Below, in pieces: positions 55,078 to 64,000 of a DNA stretch of 64,000 nucleotides. The stretch's first letter is position 1; each line of letters starts with the position of its first letter. This DNA comes from Hyaloraphidium curvatum SAG 235-1 (taxonomy: Eukaryota > Fungi > Monoblepharomycota), in the NCBI GenBank assembly GCA_025558095.1, contig JAIVFI010000022.1:496001-560000 (forward strand), written 5' to 3'. A model generated the notes under the pieces. That model saw only the letters and a program-made list of their open reading frames with translations, was not told the DNA's origin and did not search any database. The position numbers and the translations under genes are program-made.

Positions 55078-58000
55078 ATGTCCGGGGGCCCGTTCGAGCC
55101 GCCGGGCCCGGGCGTCAACGGCAACTCGACGGTGCTGCCGACGTACCAGGCCACGCTGGTCACGTCGGTCGCGCTGCCGTTCATTGTGTACTTTTCTGGC
55201 GGCGTGCTGCTCTTCCTGCTCTTCTCGCTGCTGCGGCTGAAGCTGCCGGCGGTGTACGAGCCGAAGCGCAAGTTCCTGCACGATGCCCCACCGCCGCTGC
55301 CCGCGACCTTCTCCGGCTGGTTCCCGGCGCTGCTCAAGATCCCCAACCACGTCGCGATGCGGGCCGCCGGCACCGAGGCGCTCGTCATCCTGCGCTTCAT
55401 GCGCTCGTCCTTCCTCTTTTTCCTGCTCCTTTCCTTCTTCTCCATCACCGTGCTGCTGCCCGTCAACTACTCGGGCGGCGAGGTCGACCGCATCATCGCC
55501 AACACGTCGACGCTCACTTCGCAGTTTTCGCGGATTTATGTTGCCAACAATACCAACAGCTCATCGGGCTCCATATTTGGCGTCGACGAAGTGACCATGC
55601 TCCGTCGCCTCTCCATCGAGAACGTGCCCCCCGAGTCGTGGCAGAGCATCGTGCAGCTGGTCTTCACGGTGCTGTTCCAGATATTCGCGCTGGTCAACGT
55701 CAAGTTCTTCTACTCGGAGAGCGTGAACACGCGCGTGCAGAAGGTGCGCAGGGACCTTGCCGTGTGCGAGGGGGTAGACTGCGGGTGCGTGCGGCCGACG
55801 GACGTGCCCGGGCCGCTGGGGACAAACACGGAGGAAAGGACTGGGGCGGGGCTGCCGTCGGGTTCGACTGCAGGGTCGGCCGGGTCACCTGCACCTTCGC
55901 TGCATTCTGTGACCGTGGCCGGAGCCTCCTCGTCGTCTTCGGCGGAGGGCGACCACGAGTCTGCCGACACCGCCCCCGCCGTGCCGCCAACCACGGCGGA
56001 ACCGGGCTCCGCCAACGACTCTTCGATGAGCACAGTCACCCTCCCGACGCCGATGGTAGTCACCCTTCCCCCTTCGATGCCCCTGAGCCCCACTTCTCCC
56101 ACACCCCATGACGCCCATGCCGCCCACGGCACCCAAGCCGCCTCCCACTGCCCGCACACCCCCGTCGTCCCCATCGAGCTGCGCTCCGTGATGCTCCTCA
56201 ACCTTCCCGTCAACCTGCGTCACCCGTACGCCCTGCGGCGCTTCTTCGAGCACACCTGCCGGTTCGGGGCGGGCGAGGTCGAGGCGGTTTCGGTAGTAGG
56301 CCTGCACGAACAGCTCCAGCAGGAGCTCACGGACCGGTGGAATGCGCTGCGGGACGTGGAGATCGCGTGGGTCAAGTGGAGGGGCAACGACGGGGAGAGG
56401 CGCTACGAGTCCGAGGACGCCGAGACCAGGGTGGACGAGGTGGCGGCGATGCTGGACCGGATGAGGAAGGAGCTCGAGGCGGACCGTGTGCCGGCAGCCG
56501 TGGTCACGGCGAGCACGCAGGGGGCGGTTGAGCTTGGGCCGATCCCGGCACTGCCGCCGCGGCCGCTGGCCAAGCCTTCGCTCTGGCTCCGGATCAAGGC
56601 CTTCTTCTCGCCGAGTTCGGTCATGGCGTCGCAGCTGCAACCGTTCGACGCGCTGAGCGCGGCCTGGGCCCGGTTCCGGTTCCACAACCGGCGCGTGCAC
56701 CTCCTCCGCCGCGAGGCGCTCGACTGCGCCAAGCTCGCCTTCAACGGCGAGTGCGACGGCCCTGCTGGCGCCTTCACACCCGAATCGCCCTCCGCCACCT
56801 CCCCCGCCGCGGAGCGGATGGCCAGCGCCTCGGGCATGACCAAGTCGGAGAAGGCGCGCGAGCTCTACACCGGCTCCACCGCCTTCGTCACCTTCCGCCA
56901 CGCCCGCTCCGCCGTCGTCGCCGCGCAGACCATCCTCCCCCCCTGCCCGGGCTCGGGCCACGCCTCCTTCATGGTTCTCCCCGCACCGGCGCCGAAGGAC
57001 CTGTACTGGCCGAACCTGAGCTCCAAATGGGCGTCGCCCAAGGCCAACTTCATCCGCGCGCTGCTGTGCATCTCTGTGCTCGTGCTTCTCGTGTTTTTCT
57101 GGTCGATCCCCATCGGGATGATCGCCAGCCTGCTCAGCGTGGAGAGCCTGTCGCAGACGTTCCCGGGATTTGCGGAAATGGCGGCGGAGCTGCCGCCATA
57201 CGTCATCGTAAGTTCTTGGAGGCAGCTGGGTCTGCGACGTGCTGATGGCCGGCAAACAGGACACCTTCCAGGCGTTCGTGCCCTCCATCCTCGTCGGCAT
57301 CTGGCTCGGGCTGCTTCCGGGCGTCGTCCTGCTCCTGAATTACCTGCAGGGGATCCAGGTGTTTTCATGGATCGACGGATCGACGTTCTCCAAGCTCTAC
57401 GTCTACTACGTGGGTTCCGTTCCGTCAGCGTCGGGGTCAGTGCCAAGCTGACTTGGCCAACAGACGTGGAACCTGGTCCTCGTCTTCCCTATCTCGGGCT
57501 CGGTGTGGTACGCACTCAACATTGCCGTGAACTCACCAAATCAGGTCCCCTACCTGCTCGGTTCCACGCTGCCGGGAGTGGCACCCTTCTTTATCAACTG
57601 TGGGACCTGTTGACCTCGTTTCGCCGCCGAAAACTAACATGGCTCTCATCCAGACATCAACCTCCTCGGCTTCATCTTCTGGCCGGTCATGATCCTGCTG
57701 CCGGGACCGATGTGGGGACCGGCGCTCCTCCGCTGCTGCTTCGGCTACCGCAAGAAGAGCCCTCGCGCCGTCGCGTCCCTCGCCTACCCCGTGGACTGGA
57801 TGACGCTCTTCCTGGGGCAGTACACCCCGCTCCCCATGCTCGTCTTCACCGTCACCCTACTGTACTCGCAGATCCAGCCGCTCGTGTGCCTGGCGGGCTG
57901 CACCTACTTCTTCCTGGCTTTCGTCGCCTTCAAGTACCTGCTCATGTACGAGCACGTGCCCTTCTCCGACAACCGGGCCACGGGGTATGGCACCGTCGGC

Positions 58001-59554
58001 TACGGCGGCGCCTTCATGCGCCGCGTCATCTTTTCGGTGATCCTGCAGGCCCTGACCATGTGGGGCGTGCTCACCTACAAGGGGCTTGTGGACCCGGCGA
58101 CCATCATCGGCGTCATCGAGATCGTCGTGGCCATCATCGTGTGGATCTCGCTCGACTCGACGCTTGGGAACTGGGAGGCTCAGGTCGGGCTGGCCGCGGC
58201 TGTGGAGCACGAGGTGCCCGACAGGGAGGAGGAGGAGACGTCGTCGCTGGTTGCAAAGCCGTTCTACGAGGAAACCGAGGTGCTGCGGCAGAAGTCACTG
58301 GCGGGCAGGAGCCTCACCACGGTCGAAGAGGCGCCGACGGTGTTCGGCAGGAAGTCCACCGTCCGCAGCGCAACAGTGGCGGTGCCCAGAGCGAGCATTT
58401 CGGTAACTGGCGCCGATGTGGACGATCTGGATGGCAACGCGGCACCGAAACGCCAGGGAACGGTGACGGGTGGGGCCTTCTTGGAGCCCGGCTACGTGCG
58501 CCCGGACGAAGCGGACCCGGCCGGGGCGGCTCGGGCGCGGCGGCCGTCTAAGTTCCTTCACGCTGCCTACCAGCTAGCTTCCACCGTCGTGACCGGCGGC
58601 GCAACGGACGGATTTGTGCCTGAGTCGGCGCTCGAATGGACAGTCGGACAGGACGGCGGCGAGGAGGCGGACGCGGATGGCGCCGGCAAGCCTCCCGGGA
58701 CGGTCAAGCGGGCTCCGCGGGGCTCGACGGTGAAGACTTTGGACACGAACAAGGATGTCGGGAAGGCAGCGGCACAGGTCGCCGTGGTTCCGGAGTCGTC
58801 GACGAATGCCGGTGCCCCTGCCAAGGCTGTGACTGGCGGTTCCGCGGACAACAGCATCGTGCCGACTACTGCGGGATTTGAGGCTGATGAAGAGGCGAAC
58901 GACGAGGAGGGGTACACGCTGGCGGACCCGACCGTGAACGGCATCGACTTTTCCCAGGAGACATCCTACCGTTTTGACACGTACGACCCCGAGTCGGGTT
59001 CAAAGAAGCCTTGGCTGCGCTTTACCAACTACCTCGAGCCGCCTGCCACCCGCGTCGCCGGCATCCTGAACCCCGTGATCCCGCTGCGCGGGCAGTCACT
59101 ATTTGCTTCCCGGGAGCCGACGGCCGACGACGCGAGCCTTTCGTCCTACGAGCACCCCGCGATCGTCGGCAGGTTGCCGTGGATCTGGTTGCCGGGGGTG
59201 GAGGATGTTCTACGGGTGGACGCGGACGAGGGCGACGTGACGAACCGCGCGGGCGCGGTCCGCGTCGAGAATTCCCGCGCGGAACAGGCCGAGGAGGAGG
59301 CCGGCAAGGTGCAGGAGGACGAGGTCCGCCGCGTGGCGATCATCGACGAGGACGACGAGCTCGTGCGCCGGGTGCAGGCGCAGACGGACCAGCGCAGGCA
59401 GGAGGAGCTCGAGAAGGAGAGGGAGCTGGCTGCACGGCCGTGGTGGCTATGGGGGAGCACGGCCGAGGTGCCGCCGGCGTGGAAAAGCCTGCAGGAGGAC
59501 GTGGACCATTTCTTCAACGCGGTTGGGTTCTGGGGCAGCTGGTACGCGCGGTAA
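55078..59554 (+). CDS. OSCA/TMEM63/CSC1 (RSN1/PHM7-like) calcium-permeable stress-gated channel
   Basis: LLRLKLPAVYEPK, FFSITVLLPVNY, RSVMLLNLP, TAFVTFRH..A..AAQ, APAPKDLYWPNL, FFWSIPI, LLYSQIQPL..YFFLAFVAFKYLLMY, YEHPA..LP.IWLP. Three introns between 57208 and 57653. Confidence 0.92.
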
Positions 59555-59748
59555 TGACAGTGAAGAGTCGTATTTGCACCTGTGTGTCAAGAGAATGTGA
59601 AACGTCAGTTTGACGCGGTCACTCTTCTACCGGCTGCGCTTCTTTTCCCGCTCTTCCTCCGCTTTCGTCTCCGTGCGCCTCCTGTCCGCCCATTCGGCGA
59701 GCATATCCTCTTCAGGGCAAGTGAACGAAACACGAAGCCTCGCGATGT

Positions 59749-60675
59749 TCAGGGGTCTCTTCCCTTTTCGTGGACGCCGCAGGGCTTGATCCGGAAGCCG
59801 CGAACCATTGGCGACCCGCTCCCGAGCAGCTTGGCGAAAGTTTCGACCGCAGGTCCATCAGACCGCTTGTCCAGTTCCGTCCATTGAGGATGTGGCGCGT
59901 TTGCCGTTTGCTGGGTTCCTTCGAGGACCCAGCGGATCATGCGATCTCCATGGCGACTTGAGCACTGGAACGAGTACGATTTGATTCTCAGAGGAAACGG
60001 AAGAAAACCTTCCACGGTCTCAGATTCATTGCTCAAGTAGACTCCATCGAGGGATGTTGCGTTGATCGCGGACGGAGAGCCTTGACTGCCCAGTTTGTCC
60101 AGGCCCTTCAAGTGGAACGACCCGTCCGACTGGTAAAGCACCCGCTGCTCCAGTCGGCGGAGACGTGCCAGGGCTCCTTCATCGATGGAATGCGAAGATA
60201 CGTACGGGAAAGCTCGGCACGTGTCCAGAATGTGGCCCGGCAGGAGCGAGAAGCGAATCGAGCTCGTCAGAGCAGACCAAGACAAAACACCGTCGAGAAA
60301 GGGGTCCGCAATCGTAGGGCTCTTTCTCTCGATGTAGTGCACGATCGCAAACAGCCTCTGGAACTCGGACGCCAGCTTCAGATCGGAGCGTTTCAAGAGC
60401 TCGGCGAGCAGCCGGGACGAAAGCTTCGAGAGATCCTGGTTCCATAGGACGTTTTGGAAGCACTTGGCAGCGAGAGGCAGCACGAGCTCCTTGATCTCGG
60501 GAAAATCGTCCGCGTCCCCGAGGACTTGCAGCACCATGGCCGTCGGAAGGTCCTCCAGAAAAGCCTTGCACGGCTCCCTCAATCTCGGGATATCTAGCTG
60601 CTCGCATGTCACTTTGGTCTCATCGCAGACGATGGCGTCGAGTCCGGAGTTGGGGCCGGGGTTCTCTTGGCTCAT
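59749..60675 (-). CDS. BACK-domain (BTB-associated) protein with discoidin/F5-8-like C-terminal domain, probably truncated or degenerate
   Basis: LDIPRLREPCKAFL, LSSRLLAELLKRSDL..SEFQ.F.AIVHY and IRFSLL are BACK-like. IKSYSF..WVLEG..WTELD..RGFRI is discoidin-like. No intact BTB core seen. Confidence 0.55.
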   Translation of the reverse strand: MSQENPGPNSGLDAIVCDETKVTCEQLDIPRLREPCKAFLEDLPTAMVLQVLGDADDFPEIKELVLPLAAKCFQNVLWNQDLSKLSSRLLAELLKRSDLKLASEFQRLFAIVHYIERKSPTIADPFLDGVLSWSALTSSIRFSLLPGHILDTCRAFPYVSSHSIDEGALARLRRLEQRVLYQSDGSFHLKGLDKLGSQGSPSAINATSLDGVYLSNESETVEGFLPFPLRIKSYSFQCSSRHGDRMIRWVLEGTQQTANAPHPQWTELDKRSDGPAVETFAKLLGSGSPMVRGFRIKPCGVHEKGRDP

Positions 60676-60978
60676 TCTAGGCGAAGCCGACCCGCTCGTT
60701 TGGATGTGACGCGGCGATCGCGACACCTCCAAGCTCTGTACAAGTCCTCGACCGCACTAAACCCTCGAAAAAAACTGGTGCTTCAAATCACGAGCGTCTG
60801 CTGCGATTCCGACCAAAAGCTGCGCCCCGGCTGGCCCCACCGGGCGATGGTCAAGCAGCTGGCGCACGGCATCCAGGCCCTGCTGTGCAGCATCCCAGAG
60901 CAGCTGCGAAACGAACTCAAAAGCTCGGGGCACAGGACCTTGTTGGAACTCCAGATGTCGGCCGTGATTTTGTACACT

Positions 60979-61215
60979 ATGACGGACCTGCCGCCGGAGC
61001 TGGCTCCCCCGACGCCGTACGATCCCCCCCGAAGCTCCACGCCGAGCTCCGTTCCCGACAGAAAGGATTGCTGCGATCCGTGCGACCGCGCCATGAGGCC
61101 GGCGGAGCTCAAGAGGTGCGGCGGGTGCAAGACGGCGCGGTAGTACTGCGGCAAGGAATGCAAGCGGGCGGCGTGGCCGGAGCACAAGACGGTCTGCAGG
61201 GGCCGGAGCGGGTGA
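60979..61215 (+). pseudogene. Isolated MYND finger remnant with in-frame TAG
   Basis: CDPCDR..LKRCGGCKTAR*YCGKECKRAAWPEHKTVC, with the stop at 61141-61143 inside the finger. Confidence 0.7.
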
Positions 61216-61392
61216 AGGATGCTGGCATGATGCGCTTGCTTTCCTTCTTGCCGTGCGAGGATGTTTGGCCCGGGGAGGCGTGCACAGCCGCAAGTCGATT
61301 GGAAGTGTGGCGGAGCTCCGATCGGCCCGCAGCCCCCGAGGCACCGTTTCGTTCGGCGCCAGGCGAACATTCCCCGCGGGCGCAGCGGGGCA

Positions 61393-61401
61393 CGATATAA
61401 A
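61393..61401 (+). promoter_or_regulatory. Possible TATA box of the Vgb-like gene
   Basis: GATATAAAG-like AT motif ~85 nt upstream of ATG 61480 in otherwise very GC-rich DNA. Confidence 0.4.
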
Positions 61402-61479
61402 GGACCGGCCGATGCGCCGCTGCGGGCAGACAGAAACGCCTTCCATGACACGAATCCCTCCTCCGACGCGAACACCGCC

Positions 61480-62697
61480 ATGCCCCTCCTGCGCCCCCTC
61501 GCCCTCGCGGCCGCCCTCGCCCTCGTCCCCTTCGCCTCCGCGGCCCCGCTCCGCCGCGCCTCCGCCGCATTCCCCAACGCTACGTTCCCCGGCGACGCAT
61601 CGCTGTTCCAGCTGCCCTTGGCGGGCGGCAACACGCACGAGCTGGCGCCCGTCGACTCGGACGTCATATGGGTGTCGCAGTACGACGCCGACCGCATCCT
61701 GCGCGTGCAGACATCCCCAGAAGGGGACGTGGTGAAGACGGACGTGTTTCCCATGCCGCCGGGCTCGGTGCCGCACGGCATCTCGGCCAACTCGTCCGCG
61801 CAGGCGTGGTTCACGCTGCAGGGCGCCGACAGGCTCGCGCTCGTCGGCGCCGACGGCAAGATCAGGCGTAGCATCGCGCTGCCGGCCGGCACCGCGCCGC
61901 ACGGCCTGACGACTGCCCGGGACGGCTCGCTGTGGGTCGCGGGGAGGGACGGCAACGTCGTCCTGCAGGTGGACCAGAACTCGGGTGCCGTGCTGCAGTC
62001 CTTCCCTCTGGGACCCAACGCCGGGCCGATCTACATCCGCGAGAACGTCGACGGTAGCATTTGGTTCACTGCCCTGTGGGCATCGGCGCTCGGGAGGATC
62101 AAGGACGGCAACCTGACCCTGATCCCCTTGGACCACGCCCCCGGCGGCGGCGAAATCACCGTGCCGTACGATATCGGCGGCAAGCTCTACCACGTCGACG
62201 TTTCCGCGGGCGTCAAGCTGCGTGACGCTGGCGGCAAGCAGCTCTCCTCCGCCCTCGCTTCCATCGGCGGCGCCGCGGGGCAGCCCTCCAACCTCCCCAT
62301 CGCCGTCGAACCCGACGCCGCCGGAAACATCTGGTGGTCCGAGGAATCCGGCAACTCCATGGGCTTCATCCCCGCCGCCGTCGCCGCCGGTCCCGCCTCG
62401 GGGCTCACCAAGGACAACATCCAGGTGCACCCCCTCCCCAACACCGGCTCCAAAGGGGCCGCCCTCCTCGTCACCAAGGAAGGCAGCGTCTGGGTGCAGA
62501 CCTACTTCCCCTTCGGCCTGGCCCGGTGGAAGAGCGGCGCGTGGGAGCAGTTCTGGCTGCCCGTGGCCCCCATTCCCGTCGCGCCGTTCTGGCCGACCCC
62601 GCATCGGATCGCCAGGGCGCAGGACGGCGCGTTCTGGTTCACGGAGATGAAGGGGGACAGGTTGGGGAGGGTGGCGGTGGATGCGGCTCTCCTGTGA
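61480..62697 (+). CDS. Secreted virginiamycin B lyase (Vgb)-like beta-propeller, intronless
   Basis: Signal peptide MPLLRPLALAAALALVPFASA and repeated blades PHGIS..AWFT, PHGLT..DGSLWV, PIYI..DGSIWFT, PIAV..AGNIWWSE, PHRIA..DGAFWFTE. Confidence 0.85.
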   Translation: MPLLRPLALAAALALVPFASAAPLRRASAAFPNATFPGDASLFQLPLAGGNTHELAPVDSDVIWVSQYDADRILRVQTSPEGDVVKTDVFPMPPGSVPHGISANSSAQAWFTLQGADRLALVGADGKIRRSIALPAGTAPHGLTTARDGSLWVAGRDGNVVLQVDQNSGAVLQSFPLGPNAGPIYIRENVDGSIWFTALWASALGRIKDGNLTLIPLDHAPGGGEITVPYDIGGKLYHVDVSAGVKLRDAGGKQLSSALASIGGAAGQPSNLPIAVEPDAAGNIWWSEESGNSMGFIPAAVAAGPASGLTKDNIQVHPLPNTGSKGAALLVTKEGSVWVQTYFPFGLARWKSGAWEQFWLPVAPIPVAPFWPTPHRIARAQDGAFWFTEMKGDRLGRVAVDAALL

Positions 62698-62728
62698 AGC
62701 ACAATACATCCGCCTCCTTCCATCTCTT

Positions 62729-64000
62729 CTACGATGCCTGTCCCGCGGCCCTGACCGGCGGGATGCCCTTTGCCCTGGCCCTCCAAAACGCCCCCTTTGC
62801 CCTCCCCACCGCAATCACCCTGTTCGCCTCGCCGATAGCCCGTTCCTCCCACTCCTTTAGCGCCGCGTCGGAGTCGGGGGCGAACAGCGCCTCGGCGAGC
62901 GACACCGCCTCGCGGATGCCCTTGGCCGCGCCCTGCCCCGAGGACGGGGCGGCGGCAGCGAAGGCGTCGCCGAGGAGGACCGCGGGGAGGGAGGGGAAGT
63001 ACGCCTGCCGGGGTCTGCGCGGCGTCGGGCGGTCAGCCAGGGAGCGGCACGGGGCGGGCGGGGAAGCGAGGCACCCACTCAAATTCCCAGCACCCCTGCG
63101 CGGCGATCGCGTCTGACCTGATCGCCGCCTCGAACAATGCCTTCCATTCGGGCGCCCCCTTCAAAGCCGCCTCCGCCTCGTCGAGCAGCCTCTGTGCGGC
63201 CCACTCGGACAGCTGCCCCGCGTAGGTGTTTGCCTCGTGCCGCGTGCCGAACCTGTCCAGCATGAACTTCTGGAACTCTTCGTTCCCGATGTCGTTGATG
63301 TACAGCGAGATTTCGATGCGGGAGGGCGCGCCCTCGGGCACGTGCCCCGAGTCGTCCATGGCGGGCGGGGCGAACCGGAACACCATGTAGGGATACTTGG
63401 GCGTCTCGAACCAGAGGAACCCGGCGGCGGGGTTGAGCGCCGAGAAATAGGCCAGCGTGGCGGGGTCCGCGCTTTCGCGCTCCATGATGGCGCGGAAGAG
63501 CATGTACTCCTTGTAAACTGCCTCGGCGGACTCGTCGGCGAGGAGGAGCTTGCGGAGCTGCGAGCGGAAGCCGTCCGCCACGACGAGCAGGTCGGCGTGC
63601 TCGACGGAGCCGTCGTCGAATTGGACCTCGGGGCCGTTTTCGCTGCGGGAGACGCCCACGGCGTTGCGTCCTGCGGTGAACACCCCGCCCGCGTCCAGAA
63701 AGTCCTTCAGGATCGCGTTGCGGAAGCTGCCGTAGGACAGATCGGCGCCCTTCACCGGCTTTGCCGACGTTGCCAGGATGTGCCCGCCGGCTTCGAACTC
63801 GTACGCCTTCAAATTGCCCTGCATGTCGAGCAGCTGCATGCTCACGGCGGCGCCGGGCGGCGTGTTCCGCGGCGGGTGCGTCGGCGCCAGCTTACCGCCG
63901 AACAGCCTTTCGAGCACGTCCTCGGTCATCGACATGCCCGAGCCGCGGTCACGGAAATCGCGCGAGCGGTCGACGACGCGCACCTCGGCGTCCGTGCCGG
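62729..64000 (-). CDS. FAD-dependent monooxygenase (2,6-dihydroxypyridine 3-monooxygenase-like), 5' end beyond window
   Basis: VRVVDRS..FRDRGSGM, ADLLVVADGFRSQLR, VLLGDAFAAAAPSSGQGAAKG. One intron near 63006-63076. Confidence 0.85.

Noticed and set aside
1-64000. Prokaryotic origin or contamination suggested by high GC and bacterial-like genes
   Set aside because: Spliceosomal introns and eukaryote-specific genes (CAMKL kinase, PA-RING, OSCA, F-box) are interleaved throughout the window.

Overview
GC-rich, gene-dense eukaryotic DNA, most likely a fungus. Introns are short (mostly ~55-65 nt) GT-AG introns with GTG(G/C/A)GT-type donors and CTGAC/CTGAT branch points. The style and gene families suggest an early-diverging, chytrid-like lineage such as Monoblepharidomycota (inference only). 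About 30 protein-coding loci are supportable. Conserved genes: hybrid histidine kinase, dienelactone hydrolase, GFA protein, Gin4/BRSK-type kinase, enoyl-CoA isomerase, PA-TM-RING ligase, HSL-type esterase, OSCA/TMEM63 channel and FAD monooxygenase. Expanded families: six MYND zinc-finger loci, four F-box(-like) genes and four copies or remnants of a 7-TM family. Several intronless, bacterial-looking genes are also present. Main candidates for undescribed systems: (1) two secreted proteins, one absent from the ORF track, share a Cys-rich pro-domain and SLYRR|YD Kex2 site but carry unrelated mature domains; (2) a duplicated head-to-head cassette pairs a MYND protein with a myristoylated F-box/LRR protein; (3) a 7-TM family has the topology of the insect OR/GR-DUF3537 ion-channel receptor superfamily; (4) a very large, Kex2-punctuated, beta-rich secreted protein ends in ricin-B and AbfB-like lectin domains. 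The first 1.3 kb is an inverted, internally deleted pseudo-copy of the histidine kinase. Many frameshifts are single-base losses in C/G runs and may be assembly errors. No rRNA, tRNA or CRISPR array was seen.
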